This document shows positions 10,468-21,215 of a stretch of 64,000 nt of DNA, one piece after another. Within the stretch, counting starts at the first letter, position 1. Each line of letters starts with the position of its first letter. The translations under genes and the position numbers were made by a program. The notes beneath the pieces are model-generated. The model saw only the letters and a list, made by a program, of their open reading frames with translations. It searched no databases and had not been told where the DNA came from. This stretch comes from Candidatus Poribacteria bacterium (GTDB taxonomy: Bacteria > Poribacteria > WGA-4E > WGA-3G), in the NCBI GenBank assembly GCA_963665235.2, contig CAXXLX010000001.1, positions 1,216,001-1,280,000 on the forward strand, written 5' to 3'.

Positions 10468-11130
10468 TTACTCTTTAGCCTTCGTAGTAAACACGACACT
10501 GACATCGGCTTCGTTGCCAGAACCGTCTTTAACTTTACCTTTAACTTCGTACTCGGTTTCATTGCCGAGCTCTTGACCAGCAAGTCCTTTGAGGGTTACT
10601 TTAGTATCTTCGTAAGCAACTTCCCAACCCAGATCATCACCGTCGCTTGTAAGCATAACTGCTTCCGAGCCTGCGGAGACAGCTTCATCAAACGTGAGGA
10701 CTATCCCATCTGCAAAGATTTTTTCCGGGTCTTGGTTTTTCGCACCGTTTTCAGGGCTGCTACTGACGAGTTTGGGAGCAGTTTCATCTGCCGCGACGAC
10801 AGTGTAAGTGAGCGACGTGCCATCTGCACCGCCATTCGCCCACGTGACAGTCAGGGTGAGTGTGCCAACATCAAAGGGGCCATTCACAGTTCGATTTTTA
10901 CCGGAGCCCGTAACAGTACCCGCACTGACCTCTACTGCGCCCGGATCACTGCTAAACTTAAGTGCAATATTCGCGTTTGCTGCAAGTTCACTACCGGAGG
11001 CAGGGGTTGCGCTTTCAAACGCTGCATCCGTAGTCCCCGTGTCGTCATCATCGTCTCCGCCACAACCAATCATGTAAACAGAAAGGAGGGCTGCCATAAC
11101 TATAGCTAATGTTCTAAACAATACTTTCAT
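10468..11130 (-). CDS. Lipoprotein with bacterial Ig-like (Big_5-type) domains
   Basis: Lipobox-like MIGC, acidic linker, DETAPKLVSSSPENGA..IVLTFDEAV..VKDGSGN..FTT. Confidence 0.8.
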   Translation of the reverse strand: MKVLFRTLAIVMAALLSVYMIGCGGDDDDDTGTTDAAFESATPASGSELAANANIALKFSSDPGAVEVSAGTVTGSGKNRTVNGPFDVGTLTLTVTWANGGADGTSLTYTVVAADETAPKLVSSSPENGAKNQDPEKIFADGIVLTFDEAVSAGSEAVMLTSDGDDLGWEVAYEDTKVTLKGLAGQELGNETEYEVKGKVKDGSGNEADVSVVFTTKAKE

Positions 11131-11648
11131 GAGTAATTAACTCCTTATCCTTAATTAAGGTTTATCAGAATGTGTACCCATAAATCGGGCACAGAATTAA
11201 ATTCCAGGTCAAATTGATGGAGTTCCCGCGGCGTTGTTCGTAAATTTCAACAGCATAGATGGAAACCTGCCATCATGTGTCTATGTTCAGTCAAGCAATT
11301 TTCAAACTATTTCGTTTTTCGCCCTCCACAAAACGCGGATGGCTCAATTAGTCCTTTGAGAATAAACTTTCTTTTCTGGAGAACTATAGCCTTTTTATAC
11401 CATTGGATAGGCAATTTTCAGTTCTGAAAGTCGATGCCCAAATTCCATACCTTATTAAGTTTAACAAAATTTGCAAACTCTGTAAAGGCAAAAATACCGG
11501 TTTTCGCCATTAATTATACAAAATTTTACGAATTTTGTAAAGCAAAAACGCGATTTTAAATTAATTTATGATAAATTATCACAAAATTCAAATATTAGTC
11601 AAGTTAAAAATTGAAATTTTTCAAATCGGCACCCATTTTACTATCCCA

Positions 11649-12614
11649 TTATTGAGATTCAAAAAGTGCCATCTGTTCCGCAGCAGCCCCGGATGTTTGC
11701 GATTCAAGCGATTCAGGTTGCTTTAGCATAGTGACAACCTTGTCAAGCTCATCGGGTGAAAACGACAACGCGCCGGTTTTAATGAGTTGACGTGAACCCT
11801 CGCCGTATTCGCTGTTCGGTTGCCACTGACATACAAATACCGGTCGCTCTTGCAAGCGGGCATACCGCGCGGTATGCATCGTTCCTCCTGCCTTAGTCGT
11901 TTCAACGACAATCGTCGCCATAGATATCCCGCTGATAATCCGGTTACGCATCACCAAATTCGCGGGCGTTGGCGGTGTCGGAAAGGCATGTTCAGAAAAA
12001 AGACATCCGGTTTCATGGATTTTTACAGCCAGTTCTCTGTTTTCTGGCGGATAAATTGATGAAAAATCCACTGGCAAAACAGCAATTGTCGAGCCCGAGC
12101 CCGCTAATGCCCCGTGATGTGCATTCGTATCTATACCGTAAGCAAGCCCACTCACAATCGTAAATCCGGCTTCAGCTAAGCGAATCGCAAGGCCCAGGGC
12201 AACGTGAATGCCCGCCGCAGTCGGCTGTTTCGTCCCTACAATCGCAACGCACCGCTCGCCAATATCGGATAACTTTCCTATTCTGCATAGCACCGCAGGC
12301 GCGTCCGGCAAGGACTTGAGCAGCACCGGGTAATCAGCATCCTCTGGAAATAGAACGGTTATATCCTGTTTATTTAGGGCATCCAGCTTCGCCTGCAACG
12401 CGGCAAAATTCTGCTTGACCTTGAGTATCCGCGCAGCTAAAATCGGGTTAAAGGACGGTAAACGCGCAATTTCAAAGAGCTCCGCCTCAAATATACGGTC
12501 TATGCTACCGAAACGCGCCAACAAACGCCTAATCCGAACCGAACCGATACCCTCAACCGTCGCAAGCGCAAACCAGTATTCCCGATGTTTTTTCTCGTCC
12601 CCGTGTGATGACAT
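11649..12614 (-). CDS. dprA: DNA-processing protein DprA
   Basis: VAIVGTK, IVSGLAYGIDTNAHHGAL, RNRIISGIS, GGTMHTA. Likely start at 12614; the ORF is open to 12788. Confidence 0.93.
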   Translation of the reverse strand: MSSHGDEKKHREYWFALATVEGIGSVRIRRLLARFGSIDRIFEAELFEIARLPSFNPILAARILKVKQNFAALQAKLDALNKQDITVLFPEDADYPVLLKSLPDAPAVLCRIGKLSDIGERCVAIVGTKQPTAAGIHVALGLAIRLAEAGFTIVSGLAYGIDTNAHHGALAGSGSTIAVLPVDFSSIYPPENRELAVKIHETGCLFSEHAFPTPPTPANLVMRNRIISGISMATIVVETTKAGGTMHTARYARLQERPVFVCQWQPNSEYGEGSRQLIKTGALSFSPDELDKVVTMLKQPESLESQTSGAAAEQMALFESQ

Positions 12615-12844
12615 ACCTACCGCAAAAAATATTTCAACGCCAAATAACTTAAAAACAAGGTTTACAAAACGGTGTTGAATTAACTCGTAACCCTGCTTTA
12701 TCCTAATATTATCATAATATCCTTTAATTATAACACATTTTGAAAACTTTTGCAACTGAATTTGAAGAGTAAAAAAAACGGTTGACATTTTGTTACTATT
12801 AAAGGTATCCTGTTAAAGAAGCCCATTAAAACAGGAGGCGCGAA

Positions 12845-13621
12845 TTGGAAAAAAAACCTATAAACATCCTTGAAACACAGCAGTTGAGTCGACATTATGG
12901 CGGTGTCATCGCCCTATCAGAAGTTACGATGCGTGTCCACCCCGGCCAAATTTCCAGCTTAATTGGGCCCAACGGTGCTGGCAAAACAACCCTATTTAAC
13001 TGTGTTACCGGATTAGATAAACCCACAACGGGAATAACTAACTTTTTAGGAAAACAGATTACCGGACTACGGCCGGACGAGGTAACAAAGCTCGGTATTG
13101 CAAGAACATTTCAGAACATTCGGCTTTTCACAGAGCTTACAGTGCTCGACAACGTTAAAATCGGGAGACATGCACGCACAACGAGCACCTTCATCGGGGC
13201 AGTCTTTCATACGAAAAGACAGCAGCGCGAAGAGAACGAAATTACGGAATACGCGGAGGAGATGCTCCAATTTGTCGGACTAGCCGATGTTGGCAAGCAG
13301 GCAGCCGGAAATCTATCCTACGGAGACCAACGCCGCGTCGAAATTGCAAGAGCTTTAGCAACGAAACCTTTACTCATTCTCCTTGACGAACCTGCTGCTG
13401 GCATGAACCCACAGGAAACCCAAGAACTTATCTCCCTCATCTACACCATTCGCGAACGCGGAATCTCTGTCCTGCTTATCGAACACGATATGAAGGTCGT
13501 CATGCAAATCTCCGACTGGGTCACCGTGTTGGACCATGGCGAAAAAATCAGCGAAGGAAAACCCGTAGACGTACAAAACGATGAAAACGTCATCGCGGCA
13601 TACTTAGGAAAAACTGAATAA
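12845..13621 (+). CDS. livG: Branched-chain amino acid ABC transporter ATP-binding protein (LivG-like)
   Basis: GPNGAGKTT, RTFQNIRLF, LSYGDQRRVEIARAL, LLDEPAAGMN, YLG C-terminus. Confidence 0.9.
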   Translation: MEKKPINILETQQLSRHYGGVIALSEVTMRVHPGQISSLIGPNGAGKTTLFNCVTGLDKPTTGITNFLGKQITGLRPDEVTKLGIARTFQNIRLFTELTVLDNVKIGRHARTTSTFIGAVFHTKRQQREENEITEYAEEMLQFVGLADVGKQAAGNLSYGDQRRVEIARALATKPLLILLDEPAAGMNPQETQELISLIYTIRERGISVLLIEHDMKVVMQISDWVTVLDHGEKISEGKPVDVQNDENVIAAYLGKTE

Positions 13622-14325
13622 TGCTTGAACTCAAAAATATTCACACCTACTACGGAAATATCCGAGCAGTCCGTGGAATTTCAATTGGGGTCGACGCGGG
13701 CGAAAAGGTTTGTATGATTGGCGCGAATGGCGCAGGCAAATCTACCACACTCATGACTATCTCCGGCGTTCACGTCCCCGTAGAGGGAACAATACATTTT
13801 GAAGGTGAGGATATTACCGCCACCTCCGCAGAGCAACGTGTAAACCTCGGAATTTCGCAAGTGCCCGAAGGGCGCCTGATTTTTCCCGATATGACCGTCC
13901 TCGAAAACCTTGAACTCGGTGCCTACATAAGAAAGGATACCGCAGGAATAAAAACCGACCTTGACAAAATTTTTGGGTATTTTCCAGTGCTCGCCGAACG
14001 GCGCAAACAGCGTGGCGGGAGCCTTAGCGGGGGAGAGCAGCAGATGTTAGCCATCGGCCGCGCACTGATGTCAAATCCGAGGCTCCTGCTCCTTGACGAA
14101 CCCTCCTTAGGCCTCGCCCCCCTTATTGTCAAACAGATTTTTGAAATCATTCAGCAAATTAACGAAGAGGGCACAACAATCCTATTGGTCGAACAGAACG
14201 CACAGCTCGCGCTAAATCTAACCGACAGAGGATATGTGCTCGAAACAGGTGAAGTCACAATTGAGGGTGCCTCCACTAACCTCTTAGCAGACGAACGGGT
14301 GCGCCAAGCCTATCTCGGAGAGTAA
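13621..14325 (+). CDS. livF: Branched-chain amino acid ABC transporter ATP-binding protein (LivF-like)
   Basis: GANGAGKST, VPEGR, LSGGEQQMLAIGRAL, LDEPSLGLAP. Confidence 0.92.
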   Translation: MLELKNIHTYYGNIRAVRGISIGVDAGEKVCMIGANGAGKSTTLMTISGVHVPVEGTIHFEGEDITATSAEQRVNLGISQVPEGRLIFPDMTVLENLELGAYIRKDTAGIKTDLDKIFGYFPVLAERRKQRGGSLSGGEQQMLAIGRALMSNPRLLLLDEPSLGLAPLIVKQIFEIIQQINEEGTTILLVEQNAQLALNLTDRGYVLETGEVTIEGASTNLLADERVRQAYLGE

Positions 14326-14331
14326 TATCTA

Positions 14332-15234
14332 ATGTATCCAACACTGTTCAATTTCGGGGAAATCTTTTCATACCCGGTCGGTATCCATAGTTACGGGTTA
14401 ATGTTAGCCACCGCCTTCATTACGTGTTACACCCTATTGCAACGCGAATTGAACCGGAGAGGTTTTCAGGCAGATGCCGCCGGCTCGATAATCGCTGCTG
14501 CGATAATTGGGGGCGTAATTGGTGCGAAAATTTACTTCATCTTCCTTGATGGTAAAATAGAGATAGGCGAAATTTTCTCACCGGCCGGATTAGTCTGGTA
14601 TGGTGGCTTAATCGGGGGCAGCGCGGCAGTCGCATGGATAATTCACCGCTCACGCAACCCATTTTTATCCACTATTGATATCATCGGTCCCCTATTGTTA
14701 CTCGGATACGGTATCGGCCGCATTGGATGCCTACTCGCCGGAGATGGTGACTACGGCCCACCCTCCGATGTACCGTGGGCGATGGCATTTCCCAACGGAA
14801 CTGTACCCCCCGCCAGTCATCCTGAACTACTACACCTACAAGTTGCCCCGGATGTTAAGGTCCATCCCACACCAATCTATGAAACCCTGATGTCCTGCAC
14901 CTTCTTCGGTATTCTCTGGTCACAACGTCGTAAATTTGCGTCAGCTCCGGGGATGCTGTTTGGTGTGAGTCTTGTCATGATAGGGGTAGAACGATTTATT
15001 GCAGAATTTTGGCGGCTCACACCGCGTGTGTTTGCTGAAACCTCAAGCCTGTCGTGGGTGACCATGCCGCAAGTTGTCAGCCTGCTCCTATTCATTTTCG
15101 GCATGTTTTTTATCGTCCTGATATATAAGAGACCTAGGGCAGAGATAGGCGTTGAACCCTCCCCTGCTGTGCCCACTTCTTCCGAACCCGAGCAGGAGAG
15201 AGCGCGTCCCCGAAAACGGAGGCGACGTAGGTGA
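14332..15234 (+). CDS. lgt: Prolipoprotein diacylglyceryl transferase
   Basis: IHSYG, GLVWYGG, GRIGCLLAGDGDYG, HPTPIYE, RFIAEFWR. Confidence 0.92.
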   Translation: MYPTLFNFGEIFSYPVGIHSYGLMLATAFITCYTLLQRELNRRGFQADAAGSIIAAAIIGGVIGAKIYFIFLDGKIEIGEIFSPAGLVWYGGLIGGSAAVAWIIHRSRNPFLSTIDIIGPLLLLGYGIGRIGCLLAGDGDYGPPSDVPWAMAFPNGTVPPASHPELLHLQVAPDVKVHPTPIYETLMSCTFFGILWSQRRKFASAPGMLFGVSLVMIGVERFIAEFWRLTPRVFAETSSLSWVTMPQVVSLLLFIFGMFFIVLIYKRPRAEIGVEPSPAVPTSSEPEQERARPRKRRRRR

Positions 15235-15256
15235 ACGTATACCGTCGCTCTGATTT

Positions 15257-15661
15257 TTATGGGTGCGGCGGTTTCTCATAATGTGCTCGCACAACCGTCT
15301 TAATACCGCCACGGATGTTAAAATTACCGACCACTTCTGCCGCACGCGGCTTGCACGCCTCCACAAAATCCTCAAGCACCTTATTTACAACGTGTTCATG
15401 AAAAATACCGACATCCCGATAGAAGAGGAAATACTCTTTCAACGACTTCAACTCAACACAGGCAAGGTCCGGAACGTAAGTAATACAGAGTGTTGCAAAG
15501 TCCGGCAGTCCTGTTTTGGGACAAACGCACGTAAACTCCAAATTGGTAATCTCAATTGTATAATCTCGATGGGTGTACTGATTTTCCCACGTCTCAATCG
15601 ACGGTGTATCAAGTTGACGGATATGGGTTTGTAAATCGTCATAACCGTTATGATGGCTCAT
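15257..15661 (-). CDS. queF: NADPH-dependent 7-cyano-7-deazaguanine (preQ0) reductase
   Basis: EFTCVCPKTGLPDFA, VELKSLKEY, FHEH, RGGI. Confidence 0.95.
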   Translation of the reverse strand: MSHHNGYDDLQTHIRQLDTPSIETWENQYTHRDYTIEITNLEFTCVCPKTGLPDFATLCITYVPDLACVELKSLKEYFLFYRDVGIFHEHVVNKVLEDFVEACKPRAAEVVGNFNIRGGIKTVVRAHYEKPPHP

Positions 15662-15884
15662 GTCAAAAATCCTTCAGCGGTATATACAAAAATCGCGAAT
15701 CGTTCGTTCTTTTTTCAACATTATACCTTAAACGCTTTTTAAAACGCAACAATTTGACAAAAACTTCACCCCCCCTCGATAAAATTTGTCTTGATAATTC
15801 CTGCAACATCTGCTAACATGACACAAAAATAGGTGGTACCCCTGGCTACCACAGTGTTTGCCAAATTCAACGGAGGAGTTCACC

Positions 15885-16709
15885 ATGAAACTGACAGCAC
15901 ATCAAGTTAATTTTTTTAATACTTTTGGTTATCTTGCAATACCGGGCATGTTTTCACCGAACGAGATAGCGTGGATTACAGAAGAATTTGAAATTTCAAT
16001 TCAGGAATTCGGCGGTGGCAAAGACCACGATGGCACGAGTCGCACAATGTTCGGCGGGCCCATTGAACACCAACCCCGGCTTTGCACATTGCTTGATGAT
16101 GAACGTGTGAAGGGGCTCATCGGCGGTGTCCTCGGTGCCGATTTCAACTACGCCGGTGGCGATGGAAACTATTACACAGGAGATACAGGCTGGCACCCTG
16201 ATGGAAACTGGGGACGCCTCTTTGCATGTAAAGTTACATTTTATCTCGACCCGCTGACGCGCGAAACCGGGTGTTTGCGGATAATTCCTGGCAGTCAAAA
16301 CCCAGCACACTTCGTACGCGCCGAAAACATTGACCCAAATCAATCGCAAACCCTGTTTGGTATCCCCCCGAAAGATTTTCCAACAAGCATCGCACTGCAA
16401 AATACCCCCGGCGACGTGGTCATTTTCAATCATGATACCTACCACGCCGCGTTCGGTGGCGGAACACGCAGACGGATGTTCACGATGAATTGCACACAAC
16501 ATTGCACAACTGAGGCCGACCTGGAGACACTCTATCAATACCTGAGTGTCCACTCCGCTGGCGGGTATAACATTGAAACTGGCGCGGGGATGTTTTTTCC
16601 CACCATGGTGGATACCGCAGACGACACGCGGCGAATTCACCTCCAGCAATGCAGCGATATCCATGACGAATTATTCCCACAGTATGCAAGACGTTCCTTA
16701 GTCCCCTAG
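15885..16709 (+). CDS. Phytanoyl-CoA dioxygenase (PhyH) family Fe(II)/2OG oxygenase
   Basis: FFNTFGYL, TGWHPD (HxD), GCLRIIPGS, PGDVVIF..YHA. Confidence 0.88.
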   Translation: MKLTAHQVNFFNTFGYLAIPGMFSPNEIAWITEEFEISIQEFGGGKDHDGTSRTMFGGPIEHQPRLCTLLDDERVKGLIGGVLGADFNYAGGDGNYYTGDTGWHPDGNWGRLFACKVTFYLDPLTRETGCLRIIPGSQNPAHFVRAENIDPNQSQTLFGIPPKDFPTSIALQNTPGDVVIFNHDTYHAAFGGGTRRRMFTMNCTQHCTTEADLETLYQYLSVHSAGGYNIETGAGMFFPTMVDTADDTRRIHLQQCSDIHDELFPQYARRSLVP

Positions 16710-16799
16710 GGACGATATGTTTATAGAATCACACAACGCCCGCACACCTTAACCCAGTATAGGCGATATGTTTATGAAGCAGTTGACATCCGGTTAAAA

Positions 16800-19250
16800 A
16801 TGCGTTATACTTTAAAAATATGCAAATCCGCTCGAAAAAAGGACAACGCGTTGGGTATACGGAAACATTTTATTATTCTCTTTTTATGCAGCATGCTGCC
16901 AATTCTATCTACAGCAGCCTCGCCAAAGGTAGGAACCCGCCTCCCTTCAAACTCTGTCGCTATGAGTGACGATGCTTTAGCCACCTTTTTCAATCCGGCA
17001 GGATTGGGTACCAACCGTGCTTTAAACCTGTACTACCTGCGAACATATCGCAGCGACGATTCGGCAGGCGATGATGCGTTCTTTATTTCCGTACCGGGGG
17101 GTGGATTCAGCATGGAATTTGCTAATGCACCCGAAGATATAGACTTCACTCGTTACAGTCTATCCACGGGCCGGCACTTAGGGGGGGCTATGTACTGGGG
17201 CACCAACTACAGTTGGATTAACTCGGACGATGAAGCTTATGACCGATTTGGGTCACTCTCAGTCGGTTTGATGTATCGGCACCGCTATATCTCAATTGGC
17301 GCGATAGGGCGGGACCTCAATCGTCCAAGATTACTTAATCAAAAGGTGGGGCCGAGCTACGATATAGGCATCGCGCTCCGCCCGGGGACGTGGCGTGCAA
17401 CCCTCTCCGTGGATATGCAGAAAACGCGCGGCGTGGAGGACCTAATGCTACGTTACGGCGTTGAGGTCCGCCCAATTCGGGAGCTTATCTTGCGGGGCAC
17501 ATACAACAGCGATAACAGTTTCGACCTCCGATTTGGCATTAATATAGGGAATATGGGAATTGGTACAGCGAATTACTTCGATGAAAACAGAAACGCGGAC
17601 GCTGGAGTCGGTTATTTTCATTTCTCCACTGCGGGTTTAACCAAACCGTTCCCACGCAAAAAACTGTTTCTCGACGTAGGATTGCACCACCTTGATAAAG
17701 TCCTCCGAATTGCAAAATGGGATAAAGATGTCGTTGGGGTCTTAATCCGTATTGATGGCGGGGGATACGGCATGGCACGCCTGCAAGAGATGCGCGACGC
17801 ACTTGTGGAATTCAAGGCAAGCGGTAGAGTCGCTATCTGCTACCTCACCGGCTGCACCACGGGAGATTACATCGTTGCCTCCGTGTGTGATACTATCTTG
17901 ATGCACCCGGGTGCCGAGCTCCGTTTCATCGGATTGCGTTCAGAACGTACCTTTTATAAAGGAGGCTTGGACAAACTCGGTATCCAAGCTCATATAGAAC
18001 ACATAGGGGAATATAAGTCTGCCGCAGAACCGTTGACTCGCAGTGATATGTCTGAACCTAGTAGGGAGGGACTAAACGCACTCCTCGATGACCTATACGC
18101 TCAACTCACGGACCATATTGCAATAGGGCGCGGGTGGACACCACAAACCGTTGCACAGCGAATTGACCAAGGCCCTTTTACTGCTAAAACCGCCTTGAAG
18201 TTCGAGCTCGTCGATGAACTGCTTTATGAAGAAAAACTCAATGACATTGCCACTGAACTCACAGGCAAAAAAGTAGACCTCGTTGACATAAAAACCTACC
18301 TAAACAGTGGGGTTCATCCACAAGATTGGGAGGTACCGAAACCGAAAATTGCTATTATTGAGGCGGAGGGACTAATGGTAACAGGCGAAAGTTTTACCGA
18401 CCCTTTTACGGGTACAACAGTGATGGGGGCGGATACCATTGCCCGCGCAGTCAAGCAGGTGCGAGAGGATGAATCAATTAAGGCGGTTGTCTTACGAATT
18501 GAGAGTGAGGGCGGTTTGGTTATCGCCGCAAATATAATATGGCATGAACTCACGCGGCTTGCGGAAGTGAAACCGCTCATCGCCTCCATGGGGGATATCG
18601 CCGCCTCTGGTGGATATTACATCGCTGCCCCGGCAGATGTTATCGTCGCGGAACCTGGGACGATAACCGGGTCCATCGGTGTTATCGGTGGAAAGTATAG
18701 CCTGAAAGGCCTCTACGAAAAACTGGGTATCAACAAAGAAATTCTCAAGCGTGGGGCACATGCCGATTTTTACAGCGATTACAGCGACTACACACCCGCC
18801 GAACAAAAAATCGTTCAAACCCAAATTGCCGAAATTTATGACGATTTTCTCACGAAGGTCGACCTCGGAAGAACGCAACTTCTTACAAAGGCGGATGTCG
18901 ATAAAGTCGCACGGGGACGGGTTTGGACAGGAAAACAGGCACAGCAGAACGGTTTAGTCGACGAACTCGGCGGACTGAACCTTGCACTTGCAATTGCCCA
19001 GGACCGCGCAGGTTTGAAAAAAAAGACAGTCGAGTTAGTACGGCTTCCCAAACAACGTTGGTTATATCAGCTCTTGGGAGGATTTCGGCTCCTAACCAGC
19101 GGAAAGATAGGCATGTCGGCAAATAATTCCCAAGTGTGGGGACATCAACTCCTTAGGAAAACCGGAAGTTTAAAACTGCTAGACCGGATGAGAAAACACC
19201 GGTACTTTCTGATGATGCCTTATGATATACTAAACTTTGGACAATTTTAG
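16800..19250 (+). CDS. sppA: Signal peptide peptidase SppA (two S49 domains) with an extra N-terminal beta-barrel-like domain
   Basis: GEYKSA (Lys), AASGGYY (Ser), TITGSIGV, GRVWTG, GLVDELGG. N-terminal FFNPAGL followed by beta-strand-rich sequence. Confidence 0.88.
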   Translation: MRYTLKICKSARKKDNALGIRKHFIILFLCSMLPILSTAASPKVGTRLPSNSVAMSDDALATFFNPAGLGTNRALNLYYLRTYRSDDSAGDDAFFISVPGGGFSMEFANAPEDIDFTRYSLSTGRHLGGAMYWGTNYSWINSDDEAYDRFGSLSVGLMYRHRYISIGAIGRDLNRPRLLNQKVGPSYDIGIALRPGTWRATLSVDMQKTRGVEDLMLRYGVEVRPIRELILRGTYNSDNSFDLRFGINIGNMGIGTANYFDENRNADAGVGYFHFSTAGLTKPFPRKKLFLDVGLHHLDKVLRIAKWDKDVVGVLIRIDGGGYGMARLQEMRDALVEFKASGRVAICYLTGCTTGDYIVASVCDTILMHPGAELRFIGLRSERTFYKGGLDKLGIQAHIEHIGEYKSAAEPLTRSDMSEPSREGLNALLDDLYAQLTDHIAIGRGWTPQTVAQRIDQGPFTAKTALKFELVDELLYEEKLNDIATELTGKKVDLVDIKTYLNSGVHPQDWEVPKPKIAIIEAEGLMVTGESFTDPFTGTTVMGADTIARAVKQVREDESIKAVVLRIESEGGLVIAANIIWHELTRLAEVKPLIASMGDIAASGGYYIAAPADVIVAEPGTITGSIGVIGGKYSLKGLYEKLGINKEILKRGAHADFYSDYSDYTPAEQKIVQTQIAEIYDDFLTKVDLGRTQLLTKADVDKVARGRVWTGKQAQQNGLVDELGGLNLALAIAQDRAGLKKKTVELVRLPKQRWLYQLLGGFRLLTSGKIGMSANNSQVWGHQLLRKTGSLKLLDRMRKHRYFLMMPYDILNFGQF

Positions 19251-19281
19251 GGATGGGTAACGTTCTTGTCAACGGATAGGT

Positions 19282-19412
19282 GGAAGGCTGGAAGGCTGAA
19301 AGATTAGATTTCGCGTGTGTTGTCTGAATCACGGAGGGCGCGGAAAGAAGAGAGGTTTGGGTAAAATCTCTTTGGCAATTTAGCAATTGGCGATTAGCAA
19401 TTAGCAAGAGAA
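19282..19412. repeat. Short tandem repeats (GGAAGGCT-type 8-mer, TAGCAAT-type 7-mer)
   Basis: ggaaggctggaaggctgaaag and gcaattagcaattggcgattagcaattagcaa. A similar 8-mer run lies at 49977. Confidence 0.6.
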
Positions 19413-19582
19413 GGAGGGTTTTGACGCGCGGCACAGATATGCTTAGAATCTGAAACTCTTGCTATAGGTTTCCAACGGTTTCCAATAGCCAACAGCTAAT
19501 ATTCTATAAACATACCGCTTTTAATTTATGAGAGCAGGTTTTCTGATAACCGATACCGCACACAGGTCCGAGGAAATATCTG

Positions 19583-20224
19583 ATGCAATACGCTACTGAA
19601 GACTATGCTATAGCTAGACAGAAAATGGTTCGGGACCAGCTCGAAAATCGGGGCATCCGTGACCGCGATGTCCTAGCTGTCATGCAAAGGATTGAACGGC
19701 ACCGCTTTGTCGGGCCGGAATTTCGCAAGTGTGCCTACCAGGATAGACCGCTTCCGATTGCGGGTGGGCAGACAATTTCACAACCGTATATGGTCGCATT
19801 AATGACAGAATTACTCGAATTAAAATACCGTTCAAAAGTCCTTGAAATCGGCACTGGATGTGGTTATCAAACCGCTGTATTAGCAGAACTTGTTGAAAAT
19901 GTATATTCCGTTGAAATTTTGCCTGAGCTTGCAAAAAATACTAAAGCGCGACTCTCCGCACTCAACTATCGGAATATCTATTTCAAGCAGGGCAATGGCC
20001 ACGATGGCTGGGTTGAACACGCGCCGTACGATGCAGTTCTCGTCACTGCTGCGCCGAAAACAATTCCGCCTCGGCTAACGCAACAGCTTGCCGAAGGGGG
20101 ACGCATGGTTGTTCCCGTCGGCTCACACTTACAAACCCTGTTTTTAATACGGAAAGTTGCTGGTAAAGTTGAGACTGAAGAAATCATAGGTGTCAGCTTT
20201 GTGCCGATGACAGGTAAACCGTAG
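19583..20224 (+). CDS. pcm: Protein-L-isoaspartate O-methyltransferase
   Basis: GQTISQPYMVA, VLEIGTGCGYQ, APYDAVLVTAA, FVPM. Confidence 0.96.
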   Translation: MQYATEDYAIARQKMVRDQLENRGIRDRDVLAVMQRIERHRFVGPEFRKCAYQDRPLPIAGGQTISQPYMVALMTELLELKYRSKVLEIGTGCGYQTAVLAELVENVYSVEILPELAKNTKARLSALNYRNIYFKQGNGHDGWVEHAPYDAVLVTAAPKTIPPRLTQQLAEGGRMVVPVGSHLQTLFLIRKVAGKVETEEIIGVSFVPMTGKP

Positions 20225-20233
20225 GAGGAATAC

Positions 20234-21190
20234 ATGCCGAAATTCAGAAAGAGATGCTATTGCATACTGTTCATGTCCCTATTTTTGCCCCCTTGCGTTT
20301 TTGCTGCCTTTAATGACATCGGTGTAGGCGCGAGACCGCTCGGGGTCGGTGGCGCGTTCGTAGCCCTAGCTGATGATAGCAACGCTCCGCACTACAACCC
20401 CGCGGGCTTAGGTTATATTGATGAGATACAGGTCGGTGGGACTTATGCCCAACGCTTTAACGGACACGTCACCTATAATATGATTAGCGGTATTATCCCG
20501 CTTGGACGCGCGGGGACTATCGGCGCGGATATCGGCATTTTGACAGAAGTGTCCGAAATTTACCGAGAACAGCTGACGCGCTTCTCCTACGGAAACGCGC
20601 TCTTCGATAAACTTGCAATTGGGATAAATCTGAAACGTTTCGGAACCGCTTTTGATGAAACCAATGAATTTGTTAAGGAGAATGCCTATTTCGCTCGAAC
20701 CGCTGCGTCAGCACTTTCACTAGATATCGGGATACTTGCAAAACCGATGAAGGGATTACACCTCGGATTTTCGGCTGAGAATTTAGTTGATGCAAACCTC
20801 AGCATCTCCGAAGCATACACAGATTCTGTGCCACGGAACATACGCGCTGGGCTTGTATACAGCTTTGAATCTGTTGCTGAAATGAGCGCGCAAGGCGAAG
20901 CGGTCAGCCAACTTCTGAAGGGAAGCTTAGTGACTATTGAGGTGGCATTTCGGAACGATGACATTTATACACACACCGGTATAGAAACCTGGGTGAATAA
21001 AAATATCGCTATCCGCGGCGGTTATAGTATGACAAATAGGGGAAACCCAGCAACAACGCTTAGTTTCGGTGGAAGCCTCAAATTCGCAATTAGCAGTGCC
21101 GCCCTCCAACTTGACTACGGATTTCAACTACTGACTGGAGACCTTGAAGACAATACAACACAACGGTTTTCTGTCAATTTACTCTTTTAA
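20234..21190 (+). CDS. PorV/PorQ-like outer-membrane beta-barrel protein
   Basis: GARPLGVGGAFVALADD...YNPAGL signature, C-terminal Phe, signal peptide. Confidence 0.8.
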   Translation: MPKFRKRCYCILFMSLFLPPCVFAAFNDIGVGARPLGVGGAFVALADDSNAPHYNPAGLGYIDEIQVGGTYAQRFNGHVTYNMISGIIPLGRAGTIGADIGILTEVSEIYREQLTRFSYGNALFDKLAIGINLKRFGTAFDETNEFVKENAYFARTAASALSLDIGILAKPMKGLHLGFSAENLVDANLSISEAYTDSVPRNIRAGLVYSFESVAEMSAQGEAVSQLLKGSLVTIEVAFRNDDIYTHTGIETWVNKNIAIRGGYSMTNRGNPATTLSFGGSLKFAISSAALQLDYGFQLLTGDLEDNTTQRFSVNLLF

Positions 21191-21215
21191 AGAAAGAGGG
21201 AAGGAGTTATGCTGA

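Noticed and set aside
4560-11109. Long antisense ORFs (4560..5480, 10381..11109 and similar ones elsewhere)
   Set aside because: They lie opposite well-supported genes and have no recognisable motifs.
11131-11640. Possible riboswitch in the 500-bp intergenic region (GATGGAGTTCCC resembles the start of a fluoride riboswitch)
   Set aside because: The downstream conserved elements are absent and it is on the opposite strand to the adjacent gene.
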